A DNA stretch of 64,000 nucleotides from positions 20,646,001 through 20,710,000 of the forward strand of contig OZ059899.1 in assembly GCA_964057225.1 (NCBI GenBank). The letters are read 5' to 3'. Made by a program: the position numbers and the translations under genes. Origin of the DNA: Auanema rhodensis (taxonomy: Eukaryota; Animalia; Nematoda). Below, piece by piece: positions 12,986 to 28,000 of the stretch. The notes under the pieces were generated by a model. It had not been told where the DNA came from. It made no database searches and was given only the letters and a program-made list of their open reading frames with translations. Each line of letters begins with the position of its first letter. The stretch's first letter is position 1.

Positions 12986-14389
12986 AGCGCAAATCTGATA
13001 ACACAGATCGACGCAGCTTAAAAATCCGCATCGAATGCACTATACAACATTGAGAAACGCTTGATACAAAAATTAGTTATGATCGTTTGAAAAATGATGC
13101 ATTAGTGTATGTTGAGTTTCCATGTACACTCAACATTGCTTCCAAAAACATTTTGACAAAAATTTTTCCGAAAAATTTCAAAATAATTTCGCGAAAAGTA
13201 GATGTTTTCAGATTCCTTTTTTCAAGGCAAAGACGATGGACAATGTTATTCAACGAAAAAATTAATTCTGCAGGGTGAAAATCGAGGATATAAGTGTGAA
13301 CTTATATCAGTTGATATCTCGGTGCATTTTTAAGCTAGCGCAAATCTGATAACACAGATCGACGCAGCTTAAAAATCCGCATCGAATGCACTATACAACA
13401 TTGAGAAACGCTTGATACAAAAATTAGTTATGATCGTTTGAAAAATGATGCATTAGTGTATGTTGAGTTTCCATGTACACTCAACATTGCTTCCAAAAAC
13501 ATTTTGACAAAAATTTTTCCGAAAAATTTCAAAATAATTTCGCGAAAAGTAGATGTTTTTAGATTCCTTTTTTCAAGGCAAAGACGATGGACAATGTTAT
13601 TCAACGAAAAAATTAATTCTCCAGGGTGAAAATCGAGGATATAAGTGTGAACTTATATCAGTTGATATCTCGGTGCAATTTTAAGCTAGCGCAAATCTGA
13701 TAATACAGATCGACGCAGCTTAAAAATCCGCATCGAATGCACTATACTGCATTGAGAAACGCTTAATACAAAAGTTAGTTATGATCGTTTGAAAAATGAT
13801 GCATTAGTGTATGTTGAGTTTCCATGTACACTCAACATTGCTTCCAAAAACATTTTGACAAAAATTTTTCCGAAAAATTTCGAAATAAATTCGCAAAGAG
13901 TAGGTGTTTTTAGATTCCTTTTTTCAAGGCAAAGACGATGGACAATGTTATTCAACGAAAAAATTAATTCTGCAGGGTGAAAATCGAGGATATAAGTGTG
14001 AACTTATATCAGTTGATATCTCGGTGCATTTTTAAGCTAACTCAAATCTGATAACACAGATCGACGCAGCTTAAAAATCCGCATCGAATGCACTATACTA
14101 CATTGAGAAACGCTTGATACAAAAATTAGGTATGATCGTTTGAAAAAAGATGCATTAGTGTATGTTGAGTTTCCATGTACACTCAACATTGCTTCCAAAA
14201 ACATTTTTACAAAAATTTTTCCGAAAAATTTCGAAATTATTTCGCAAAAAGTAGGTGTTTTTAGATTCCTTTTTTCAAGGCAAAGACGATGGACATTGTT
14301 ATTCAACGAAAAAATTGATTCTGCAGGGTGAAAATCGAGGATATAAGTGTGAACTTATATCAGTTGATATCTCGGTGCATTTTTAAGCT

Positions 14390-17197
14390 AGCGCAAATCT
14401 GATAACACAGATCGACGCAGCTTAAAAATCCGCATCGAATGCACTATACAACATTGAGAAACGCTTGATACAAAAATTAGTTATGATCGTTTGAAAAATG
14501 ATGCATTAGTGTATGTTGAGTTTCCATGTACACTCAACATTGCTTCCAAAAACATTTTGACAAAAATTTTTCCGAAAATTTTCAAAATAATTTCGCGAAA
14601 AGTAGATGTTTTCAGATTCCTTTTTTCAAGGCAAAGACGATGGACAATGTTATTCAACGAAAAAATTAATTCTGCAGGGTGAAAATCGAGGATATAAGTG
14701 TGAACTTATATCAGTTGATATCTCGGTGCATTTTTAAGCTAGCGCAAATCTGATAACACAGATCGACGCCGCTTAAAAATCCGCATCGAATGCACTATAC
14801 TACATTGAGAAACGCTTGATACAAAAATTAGTTATGATCGTTTGAAAAAAGATGCATTAGTGTATGTTGAGTTTCCATGTACACTCAACATTGCTTCCAA
14901 AAACATTTTGACAAAAATTTTTCCAAAAAATTTCAAAATAATTTCGCAAAAAGTAAATGTTTTTAGATTCCTTTCTCCAAGGCAAAGACGATGGACAATG
15001 TTATTCAACGAAAAAATTAATTCTGCAGGGTGAAAATCGAGGATATAATGGTGAACTTATATCAGTTGATATCTCGGTGCATTTTTAAGCTAGCGCAAAT
15101 CTGATAACACAGATCGACGCAGCTTAAAAATCCGCATCGAATGCACTATACTACATTGAGAAACGGTTGATACAAAAATTAGGTATGATCGTTTGAAAAA
15201 AGATGCATTAGTGTATGTTGAGTTTCCATGTACACTCAACATTGCTTCCAAAAACATTTTTACAAAAATTTTTCCGAAAAATTTTGAAATAATTTCGCAA
15301 AAAGTAGATGTTTTTAGATTCTTTTTTTCAAGGCAAAGACGATGGACATTGTTATTCAACGAAAAAATTGATTCTGCAGGGTGAAAATCGAGGATATAAG
15401 TGTGAACTTATATCAGTTGATATCTCGGTACATTTTTAAGCTAACTCAAATCTGATAACACAGATCGACGCAGCTTAAAAATCCGCATCGAATGCACTAT
15501 ACTACATTGAGAAACGCTTAATACAAAAATTAGTTATGATCGTTTGAAAAAAGATGCATTAGTGTATGTTGAGTTTCCATGTACACTCAACATTGCTTCC
15601 AAAAACATTTTTACAAAAATTTTTCCGAAAAATTTCGAAATAATTTCGCAAAAAGTAGATGTTTTTAGATTTCTTTTTTCAAGGCAAAGACGATGGACAT
15701 TGTTATTCAACGAAAAAATTGATTCTGCAGGGTGAAAATCGAGGATATAAGTGTGAACTTATATCAGTTGATATCTCGGTGCATTTTTAAGCTAGCGCAA
15801 ATCTGATAACACAGATCGACGCAGCTTAAAAATCCGCATCGAATGCACTATACAACATTGAGAAACGCTTGATACAAAAATTAGTTATGATCGTTTGAAA
15901 AATGATGCATTAGTGTATGTTGAGTTTCCATGTACACTCAACATTGCTTCCAAAAACATTTTGACAAAAATTTTTCCGAAAAATTTCAAAATAATTTCGC
16001 GAAAAGTAGATGTTTTCAGATTCCTTTTTTCAAGGCAAAGACGATGGACAATGTTATTCAACGAAAAAATTAATTCTGCAGGGTGAAAATCGAGGATATA
16101 AGTGTGAACTTATATCAGTTGATATCTCGGTGCATTTTTAAGCTAGCGCAAATCTGATAACACAGATCGACGCCGCTTAAAAATCCGCATCGAATGCACT
16201 ATACTACATTGAGAAACGCTTGATACAAAAATTAGTTATGATCGTTTGAAAAAAGATGCATTAGTGTATGTTGAGTTTCCATGTACACTCAACATTGCTT
16301 CCAAAAACATTTTGACAAAAATTTTTCCAAAAAATTTCAAAATAATTTCGCAAAAAGTAAATGTTTTTAGATTTCTTTCTCCAAAGCAAAGACGATGGAC
16401 AATGTTATTCAACGAAAAAATTAATTCTGCAGGGTGAAAATCGAGGATATAATGGTGAACTTATATCAGTTGATATCTCGGTGCATTTTTAAGCTAGCGC
16501 AAATCTGATAACACAGATCGACGCAGCTTAAAAATCCGCATCGAATGCACTATACTACATTGAGAAACGGTTGATACAAAAATTAGGTATGATCGTTTGA
16601 AAAAAGATGCATTAGTGTATGTTGAGTTTCCATGTACACTCAACATTGCTTCCAAAAACATTTTTACAAAAATTTTTCCGAAAAATTTTGAAATAATTTC
16701 GCAAAAAGTAGATGTTTTTAGATTCTTTTTTTCAAGGCAAAGACGATGGACATTGTTTTTCAACGAAAAAATTGATTCTGCAGGGTGAAAATCGAGGATA
16801 TAAGTGTGAACTTATATCAGTTGATATCTCGGTACATTTTTAAGCTAACTCAAATCTGATAACACAGATCGACGCAGCTTAAAAATCCGCATCGAATGCA
16901 CTATACTACATTGAGAAACGCTTAATACAAAAATCAGTTATGATCGTTTGAAAAAAGATGCATTAGTGTATGTTGAGTTTCCATGTACACTCAACATTGC
17001 TTCCAAAAACATTTTTACAAAAATTTTTCCGAAAAATTTCGAAATAATTTCGCAAAAAGTAGATGTTTTTAGATTTCTTTTTTCAAGGCAAAGACGATGG
17101 ACATTGTTATTCAACGAAAAAATTGATTCTGCAGGGTGAAAATCGAGGATATAAGTGTGAACTTATATCAGTTGATATCTCGGTGCATTTTTAAGCT
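14390..17197. repeat. Tandem duplication of a 4-monomer (1404-bp) unit
   Basis: Rare variants repeat 1404 bp apart: CGCCGC (~14770/16174), ATAATGGTG (~15049/16453), AACGGTT (~15165/16569), CTCGGTAC (~15430/16834) and AGATTTCTT (~15671/17075). Confidence 0.9.
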
Positions 17198-19654
17198 AAC
17201 TCAAATCTGATAACACAGATCGACGCAGCTTAAAAATCCGCATCGAATGCACTATACTACATTGAGAAACGCTTAATACAAAAATTAGTTATGATCGTTT
17301 GAAAAAAGATGCATTAGTGTATGTTGAGTTTCCATGTACACTCAACATTGCTTCCAAAAACATTTTTACAAAAATTTTTCCGAAAAATTTCGGAATAATT
17401 TCGCAGAAAGTAGATGTTTTTAGATTCCTTCTTTCAAGGCAAAGACGATGGACAATGCTATTCAACGAAAAAATTAATTCTGCAGGGTGAAAATCGAGGA
17501 TATAAGTGTGAACTTATATCAGTTGATATCTCGGTGCATTTTTAAGCTAGCGCAAATCTGATAACACAGATCGACGCAGCTTAAAAATCCGCATCGAATG
17601 CACTATACTACATTGAGAAACGCTTAATACAAAAATTAGTTATGATCGTTTGAAAAATGATGCATTAGTGTATGTTGAGTTTCCATGTACACTCAACATT
17701 GCTTCCAAAAACATTTTTACAAAAATTTTTCCGAAAAATTTCGAAATAATTTCGCAAAAAGTAGATGTTTTTAGATTTCTTTTTTCAAGGCAAAGACGAT
17801 GGACATTGTTATTCAACGAAAAAATTGATTCTGCAGGGTGAAAATCGAGGATATAAGTGTGAACTTATATCAGTTGATATCTCGGTGCATTTTTAAGCTA
17901 GCGCAAATCTGATAACACAGATCGACGCAGCTTAAAAATCCGCATCGAATGCACTATACTACATTGAGAAACGCTTAATACAAAAATTAGTTATGATCGT
18001 TTGAAAAAAGATGCATTAGTGTATGTTGAGTTTCCATGTACACTCAACATTGCTTCCAAAAACATTTTTACAAAAATTTTTCCGAAAAATTTCGAAATAA
18101 TTTCGCAAAAAGTAGATGTTTTTAGATTCCTTCTTTCAAGGCAAAGACGATGGACAATGTTATTCAACGAAAAAATTAATTCTGCAGGGTGAAAATCGAG
18201 GATATAAGTGTGAACTTATATCAGTTGATATCTCGGTGCATTTTTAAGCTAGCGCAAATCTGATAACACAGATCGACGCAGCTTAAAAATCCGCATCGAA
18301 TGCACTATACTACATTGAGAAACGCTTAATACAAAAATTAGTTATGATCGTTTGAAAAAAGATGCATTAGTGTATGTTGAGTTTCCATGTACACTCAACA
18401 TTGCTTCCAAAAACATTTTGACAAAAATTTTTCCGAAAAATTTCAAAATAATTTCGCAAAAAGTAGATGTTTTTAGATTCCTTTTTTCACGGCAAAGACG
18501 ATGGACAAAGTTATTCAACGAAAAAATTAATTCTGCAGGGTGAAAATCGAGGATATAAGTGTGAACTTATATCAGTTGATATCTCGGTGCATTTTTAAGC
18601 TAGCGCAAATCTGATAACACAGATCGACGCAGCTTAAAAATCCGCATCGAATGCACTTTACTACATTGAGAAACGCTTAATACAAAAATTAGTTATGATC
18701 GTTTGAAAAATGATGCATTAGTGTATGTTGAGTTTCCATGTACACTCAACATTGCTTCCAAAAACATTTTGACAAAAATTTTTCCGAAAAATTTCAAAAT
18801 AATTTCGCAAAAAGTAGATGTTTTTAGATTCCTTTTTTCAAGGCAGAAACGATGGACAATGTTATTCAACGAAAAAATTAATTCTGCAGGGTGAAAATCG
18901 AGGATATAAGTGTGAACTTATATCAGTTGATATCTCGGTGCATTTTTAAGCTAGCGCAAATCTGATAACACAGATCGACGCAGCTTAAAAATCCGCATCG
19001 AATGCACTTTACTACATTGAGAAACGCTTAATACAAAAATTAGTTATGATCGTTTGAAAAATGATGCATTAGTGTATGTTGAGTTTCCATGTACACTCAA
19101 CATTGCTTCCAAAAACATTTTGACAAAAATTTTTCCGAAAAATTTCAAAATAATTTCGCAAAAAGTAGATGTTTTTAGATTCCTTTTTTCAAGGCAGAAA
19201 CGATGGACAATGTTATTCAACGAAAAAATTAATTCTGCAGGGTGAGAATCGAGGATATAAGTGTGAACTTATATCAGTTGATATCTCGGTGCATTTTTAA
19301 GCTAGCGCAAATCTGATAACACAGATCGACGCAGCTTAAAAATCCGCATCGAATGCACTATACAACATTGAGAAACGCTTGATACAAAAATTAGTTATGA
19401 TCGTTTGAAAAATGATGCATTAGTGTATGTTGAGTTTCCATGTACACTCAACATTGCTTCCAAAAACATTTTGACAAAAATTTTTCCGAAAAATTTCAAA
19501 ATAATTTCGCGAAAAGTAGATGTTTTTAGATTCCTTTTTTCAAGGCAAAGACGATGGACAATGTTATTCAACGAAAAAATTAATTCTGCAGGGTGAGAAT
19601 CGAGGATATAAGTGTGAACTTATATCAGTTGATATCTCGGTGCATTTTTAAGCT

Positions 19655-21758
19655 AACTCAAATCTGATAACACAGATCGACGCAGCTTAAAAATCCGCAT
19701 CGAATGCACTATACTACATTGAGAAACGCTTAATACAAAAATTAGTTATGATCGTTTGAAAAAAGATGCATTAGTGTATGTTGAGTTTCCATGTACACTC
19801 AACATTGCTTCCAAAAACATTTGTACAAAAATTTTTCCGAAAAATTTCGAAATAATTTCGCAAAAAGTAGATGTTTTTAGATTCCTTTTTCCAAGGCAAA
19901 GACGATGGACATTGTTATTCAACGAAAAAATTGATTCTGCAGGGTGAAAATCGAGGATATAAGTGTGAACTTATATCAGTTGATATCTCGGTGCATTTTT
20001 AAGCTAACTCAAATCTGATAACACAGATCGACGCAGCTTAAAAATCCGCATCGAATGCACTATACTACATTGAGAAACGCTTAATACAAAAATTAGTTAT
20101 GATCGTTTGAAAAAAGATGCATTAGTGTATGTTGAGTTTCCATGTACACTCAACATTGCTTCCAAAAACATTTTTACAAAAATTTTTCCGAAAAATTTCG
20201 AAATAATTTCGCAAAAAGTAGATGTTTTTAGATTCCTTCTTTCAAGGCAAAGACGATGGACAATGTTATTCAACGAAAAAATTAATTCTGCAGGGTGAAA
20301 ATCGAGGATATAAGTGTGAACTTATATCAGTTGATATCTCGGTGCATTTTTAAGCTAGCGCAAATCTGATAACACAGATCGACGCAGCTTAAAATCCGCA
20401 TCGAATGCACTATACTACATTGAGAAACGCTTAATACAAAAATTAGTTATGATCGTTTGAAAAAAGATGCATTAGTGTATGTTGAGTTTCCATGTACACT
20501 CAACATTGCTTCCAAAAACATTTTTACAAAAATTTTTCCGAAAAATTTCGAAATAATTTCGCAAAAAGTAGATGTTTTTAGATTCCTTCTTTCAAGGCAA
20601 AGACGATGGACAATGTTATTCAACGAAAAAATTAATTCTGCAGGGTGAAAATCGAGGATATAAGTGTGAACTTATATCAGTTGATATCTCGGTGCATTTT
20701 TAAGCTAGCGCAAATCTGATAACACAGATCGACGCAGCTTAAAAATCCGCATCGAATGCACTATACTACATTGAGAAACGCTTAATACAAAAATTAGTTA
20801 TGATCGTTTGAAAAAAGATGCATTAGTGTATGTTGAGTTTCCATGTACACTCAACATTGCTTCCAAAAACATTTGTACAAAAATTTATCCGAAAAATTTC
20901 GAAATAATTTCGCAAAAAGTAGATGTTTTTAGATTCCTTTTTTCAAGGCAAAGACGATGGACATTGTTATTCAACGAAAAAATTGATTCTGCAGGGTGAA
21001 AATCGAGGATATAAGTGTGAACTTATATCAGTTGATATCTCGGTGCATTTTTAAGCTAACTCAAATCTGATAACACAGATCGACGCAGCTTAAAAATCCG
21101 CATCGAATGCACTATACTACATTAAGAAACGCTTGATACAAAAATTAGTTATGATCGTTTGAAAAATGATGCATTAGTGTATGTTGAGTTTCCATGTACA
21201 CTCAACATTGCTTCCAAAAACATTTTTACAAAAATTTTTCCGAAAAATTTCGAAATAATTTCGCAAAAAGTAGATGTTTTTAGATTCCTTCTTTCAAGGC
21301 AAAGACGATGGACAATGTTATTCGACGAAAAAATTAATTCTGCAGGGTGAAAATCGAGGATATAAGTGTGAACTTATATCAGTTGATATCTCGGTGCATT
21401 TTTAAGCTAGCGCAAATCTGATAACACAAATCGACGCAGCTTAAAATCCGCATCGAATGCACTATACTACATTGAGAAACGCTTAATACAAAAATTAGTT
21501 ATGATCGTTTGAAAAAAGATGCATTAGTGTATGTTGAGTTTCCATGTACACTCAACATTGCTTCCAAAAACATTTTTACAAAAATTTTTCCGAAAAATTT
21601 CGAAATAATTTCGCAAAAAGTAGATGTTTTTAGATTTCTTCTTTCAAGGCAAAGACGATGGACAATGTTATTCAACGAAAAAATTAATTCTGCAGGGTGA
21701 AAATCGAGGATATAAGTGTGAACTTATATCAGTTGATATCTCGGTGCATTTTTAAGCT
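19655..21758. repeat. Tandem duplication of a 3-monomer (1052-bp) unit carrying a shared 1-bp deletion
   Basis: The pattern TTTGTACA / CCTTCTTTC / (C/T)CTTCTTTC monomers occurs twice. The same deletion (CTTAAAATCC for CTTAAAAATCC) occurs at ~20391 and ~21443, 1052 bp apart. Confidence 0.85.
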
Positions 21759-24700
21759 AGCGCAAATCTGATAACACAGATCGACGCAGCTTAAAAATCC
21801 GCATCGAATGCACTATACTACATTGAGAAACGCTTAATACAAAAATTAGTTATGATCGTTTGAAAAAAGATGCATTAGTGTATGTTGAGTTTCCATGTAC
21901 ACTCAACATTGCTTCCAAAAACATTTGTACAAAAATTTTTCCGAAAAATTTCGAAATAATTTCGCAAAAAGTAGATGTTTTTAGATTCCTTTTTTCAAGG
22001 CAAAGACGATGGACATTGTTATTCAACGAAAAAATTGATTCTGCAGGGTGAAAATCGAGGATATAAGTGTGAACTTATATCAGTTGATATCTCGGTGCAT
22101 TTTTAAGCTAACTCAAATCTGATAACACAGATCGACGCAGCTTAAAAATCCGCATCGAATGCACTATACTACATTGAGAAACGCTTAATACAAAAATTAG
22201 TTATGATCGTTTGAAAAAAGATGCATTAGTGTATGTTGAGTTTCCATGTACACTCAACATTGCTTCCAAAAACATTTTTACAAAAATTTTTCCGAAAAAT
22301 TTCGAAATAATTTCGCAAAAAGTAGATGTTTTTAGATTTCTTCTTTCAAGGCAAAGACGATGGACAATGTTATTCAACGAAAAAATTAATTCTGCAGGGT
22401 GAAAATCGAGGATATAAGTGTGAACTTATATCAGTTGATATCTCGGTGCATTTTTAAGCTAGCGCAAATCTGATAACACAGATCGACGCAGCTTAAAAAT
22501 CCGCATCGAATGCACTATACTACATTGAGAAACGCTTAATACAAAAATTAGTTATGATCGTTTGAAAAAAGATGCATTAGTGTATGTTGAGTTTCCATGT
22601 ACACTCAACATTGCTTCCAAAAACATTTGTACAAAAATTTTTCCGAAAAATTTCGAAATAATTTCGCAAAAAGTAGATGTTTTTAGATTCCTTTTTTCAA
22701 GGCAAAGACGATGGACATTGTTATTCAACGAAAAAATTGATTCTGCAGGGTGAAAATCGAGGATATAAGTGTGAACTTATATCAGTTGATATCTCGGTGC
22801 ATTTTTAAGCTAACTCAAATCTGATAACACAGATCGACGCAGCTTAAAAATCCGCATCGAATGCACTATACTACATTGAGAAACGCTTAATACAAAAATT
22901 AGTTATGATCGTTTGAAAAAAGATGCATTAGTGTATGTTGAGTTTCCATGTACACTCAACATTGCTTCCAAAAACATTTTTACAAAAATTTTTCCGAAAA
23001 ATTTCGAAATAATTTCGCAAAAAGTAGATGTTTTTAGATTCCTTTTTTCAAGGCAGAAACGATGGACAATGTTATTCAACGAAAAAATTAATTCTGCAGG
23101 GTGAGAATCGAGGATATAAGTGTGAACTTATATCAGTTGATATCTCGGTGCATTTTTAAGCTAGCGCAAATCTGATAACACAGATCGACGCAGCTTAAAA
23201 ATCCGCATCGAATGCACTATACAACATTGAGAAACGCTTGATACAAAAATTAGTTATGATCGTTTGAAAAATGATGCATTAGTGTATGTTGAGTTTCCAT
23301 GTACACTCAACATTGCTTCCAAAAACATTTTGACAAAAATTTTTCCGAAAAATTTCAAAATAATTTCGCGAAAAGTAGATGTTTTTAGATTCCTTTTTTC
23401 AAGGCAAAGACGATGGACAATGTTATTCAACGAAAAAATTAATTCTGCAGGGTGAGAATCGAGGATATAAGTGTGAACTTATATCAGTTGATATCTCGGT
23501 GCATTTTTAAGCTAACTCAAATCTGATAACACAGATCGACGCAGCTTAAAAATCCGCATCGAATGCACTATACTACATTGAGAAACGCTTAATACAAAAA
23601 TTAGTTATGATCGTTTGAAAAAAGATGCATTAGTGTATGTTGAGTTTCCATGTACACTCAACATTGCTTCCAAAAACATTTGTACAAAAATTTTTCCGAA
23701 AAATTTCGAAATAATTTCGCAAAAAGTAGATGTTTTTAGATTCCTTTTTTCAAGGCAAAGACGATGGACATTGTTATTCAACGAAAAAATTGATTCTGCA
23801 GGGTGAAAATCGAGGATATAAGTGTGAACTTATATCAGTTGATATCTCGGTGCATTTTTAAGCTAACTCAAATCTGATAACACAGATCGACGCAGCTTAA
23901 AAATCCGCATCGAATGCACTATACTACATTGAGAAACGCTTAATACAAAAATTAGTTATGATCGTTTGAAAAAAGATGCATTAGTGTATGTTGAGTTTCC
24001 ATGTACACTCAACATTGCTTCCAAAAACATTTTTACAAAAATTTTTCCGAAAAATTTCGAAATAATTTCGCAAAAAGTAGATGTTTTTAGATTCCTTCTT
24101 TCAAGGCAAAGACGATGGACAATGTTATTCAACGAAAAAATTAATTCTGCAGGGTGAAAATCGAGGATATAAGTGTGAACTTATATCAGTTGATATCTCG
24201 GTGCATTTTTAAGCTAGCGCAAATCTGATAACACAGATCGACGCAGCTTAAAAATCCGCATCGAATGCACTTTACTACATTGGAAAACGCTTAATACAAA
24301 AATTAGTTATGATCGTTTGAAAAAAGATGCATTAGTGTATGTTGAGTTTCCATGTACACTCAACATTGCTTCCAAAAACATTTTGACAAAAATTTTTCCG
24401 AAAAATTTCAAAATAATTTCGCAAAAAGTAGATGTTTTTAGATTCCTTTTTTCACGGCAAAGACGATGGACAAAGTTATTCAACGAAAAAATTAATTCTG
24501 CAGGGTGAAAATCGAGGATATAAGTGTGAACTTATATCAGTTGATATCTCGGTGCATTTTTAAGCTAGCGCAAATCTGATAACACAGATCGACGCAGCTT
24601 AAAAATCCGCATCGAATGCACTTTACTACATTGAGAAACGCTTAATACAAAAATTAGTTATGATCGTTTGAAAAATGATGCATTAGTGTATGTTGAGTTT

Positions 24701-27700
24701 CCATGTACACTCAACATTGCTTCCAAAAACATTTTGACAAAAATTTTTCCGAAAAATTTCAAAATAATTTCGCAAAAAGTAGATGTTTTTAGATTCCTTT
24801 TTTCAAGGCAGAGACGATGGACAATGTTATTCAACGAAAAAATTAATTCTGCAGGGTGAGAATCGAGGATATAAGTGTGAACTTATATCAGTTGATATCT
24901 CGGTGCATTTTTAAGCTAGCGCAAATCTGATAACACAGATCGACGCAGCTTAAAAATCCGCATCGAATGCACTATACAACATTGAGAAACGCTTGATACA
25001 AAAATTAGTTATGATCGTTTGAAAAATGATGCATTAGTGTATGTTGAGTTTCCATGTACACTCAACATTGCTTCCAAAAACATTTTGACAAAAATTTTTC
25101 CGAAAAATTTCAAAATAATTTCGCGAAAAGTAGATGTTTTTAGATTCCTTTTTTCAAGGCAAAGACGATGGACAATGTTATTCAACGAAAAAATTAATTC
25201 TCCAGGGTGAAAATCGAGGATATAAGTGTGAACTTATATCAGTTGATATCTCGGTGCAATTTTAAGCTAGCGCAAATCTGATAATACAGATCGACGCAGC
25301 TTAAAAATCCGCATCGAATGCACTATACTGCATTGAGAAACGCTTAATACAAAAGTTAGTTATGATCGTTTGAAAAATGATGCATTAGTGTATGTTGAGT
25401 TTCCATGTACACTCAACATTGCTTCCAAAAACATTTTGACAAAAATTTTTCCGAAAAATTTCAAAATAATTTCGCAAAAAGTAGATGTTTTTAGATTCCT
25501 TTTTTCAAGGCAGAGACGATGGACAATGTTATTCAACGAAAAAATTAATTCTGCAGGGTGAGAATCGAGGATATAAGTGTGAACTTATATCAGTTGATAT
25601 CTCGGTGCATTTTTAAGCTAGCGCAAATCTGATAACACAGATCGACGCAGCTTAAAAATCCGCATCGAATGCACTATACAACATTGAGAAACGCTTAATA
25701 CAAAAGTTAGTTATGATCGTTTGAAAAATGATGCATTAGTGTATGTTGAGTTTCCATGTACACTCAACATTGCTTCCAAAAACATTTTGACAAAAATTTT
25801 TCCGAAAAATTTCAAAATAATTTCGCGAAAAGTAGATGTTTTTAGATTCCTTTTTTCAAGGCAAAGACGATGGACAATGTTATTCAACGAAAAAATTATT
25901 TCTGCAGGGTGAGAATCGAGGATATAAGTGTGAACTTATATCAGTTGATATCTCGGTGCATTTTTAAGCTAGCGCAAATCTGATAACACAGATCGACGCA
26001 GCTTAAAAATCCGCATCGAATGCACTTTACTACATTGAGAAACGCTTAATACAAAAGTTAGTTATGATCGTTTGAAAAATGATGCATTAGTGTATGTTGA
26101 GTTTCCATGTACACTCAACATTGCTTCCAAAAACATTTTGACAAAAATTTTTCCGAAAAATTTCAAAATAATTTCGCGAAAAGTAGATGTTTTTAGATTC
26201 CTTTTTACAAGGCAAAGACGATGGACAATGTTATTCAACGAAAAAATTATTTCTGCAGGGTGAGAATCGAGGATATAAGTGTGAACTTATATCAGTTGAT
26301 ATCTCGGTGCATTTTTAAGCTAGCGCAAATCTGATAACACAGATCGACGCAGCTTAAAAATCCGCATCGAATGCACTTTACTACATTGAGAAACGCTTGA
26401 TACAAAAATTAGTTATGATCGTTTGAAAAATGATGCATTAGTGTATGTTGAGTTTCCATGTACACTCAACATTGCTTCCAAAAACATTTTGACAAAAATT
26501 TTTCCGAAAAATTTCAAATAATTTCGCGAAAAGTAGATGTTTTTAGATTCCTTTTTTCAAGGCAAAGACGATGGACAATGTTATTCAACGAAAAAATTAA
26601 TTCTCCAGGGTGAAAATCGAGGATATAAGTGTGAACATATATCAGTTGATATCTCGGTGCAATTTTAAGCTAGCGCAAATCTGATAATACAGATCGACGC
26701 AGCTTAAAAATCCGCATCGAATGCACTATACTGCATTGAGAAACGCTTAATACAAAAGTTAGTTATGATCGTTTGAAAAATGATGCATTAGTGTATGTTG
26801 AGTTTCCATGTACACTCAACATTGCTTCCAAAAACATTTTGACAAAAATTTTTCCAAAAAATTTCAAAATAATTTCGCAAAAAGTAGATGTTTTTAGATT
26901 CCTTTTTTCAAGGCAGAGACGATGGACAATGTTATTCAACGAAAAAATTAATTCTGCAGGGTGAGAATCGAGGATATAAGTGTGAACTTATATCAGTTGA
27001 TATCTCGGTGCATTTTTAAGCTAGCGCAAATCTGATAACACAGATCGACGCAGCTTAAAAATCCGCATCGAATGCACTATACAACATTGAGAAACGCTTG
27101 ATACAAAAATTAGTTATGATCGTTTGAAAAATGATGCATTAGTGTATGTTGAGTTTCCATGTACACTCAACATTGCTTCCAAAAACATTTTGACAAAAAT
27201 TTTTCCGAGAAATTTCAAAATAATTTCGCGAAAAGTAGATGTTTTTAGATTCCTTTTTTCAAGGCAAAGACGATGGACAATGTTATTCAACGAAAAAATT
27301 AATTCTCCAGGGTGAAAATCGAGGATATAAGTGTGAACTTATATCAGTTGATATCTCGGTGCAATTTTAAGCTAGCGCAAATCTGATAATACAGATCGAC
27401 GCAGCTTAAAAATCCGCATCGAATGCACTATACTGCATTGAAAAACGCTTAATACAAAAGTTAGTTATGATCGTTTGAAAAATGATGCATTAGTGTATGT
27501 TGAGTTTCCATGTACACTCAACATTGCTTCCAAAAACATTTTGACAAAAATTTTTCCGAAAAATTTCAAAATAATTTCGCAAAAAGTAGATGTTTTTAGA
27601 TTCCTTTTTTCAAGGCAGAGACGATGGACAATGTTATTCAACGAAAAAATTAATTCTGCAGGGTGAAAATCGAGGATATAAGTGTGAACTTATATCAGTT

Positions 27701-28000
27701 GATATCTCGGTGCATTTTTAAGCTAGCGCAAATCTGATAACACAGATCGACGCAGCTTAAAAATCCGCATCGAATGCACTATACAACATTGAGAAACGCT
27801 TAATACAAAAGTTAGTTATGATCGTTTGAAAAATGATGCATTAGTGTATGTTGAGTTTCCATGTACACTCAACATTGCTTCCAAAAACATTTTGACAAAA
27901 ATTTTTCCGAAAAATTTCAAAATAATTTCGCGAAAAGTAGATGTTTTTAGATTCCTTATTTCAAGGCAAAGACGATGGACAATGTTATTCAACGAAAAAA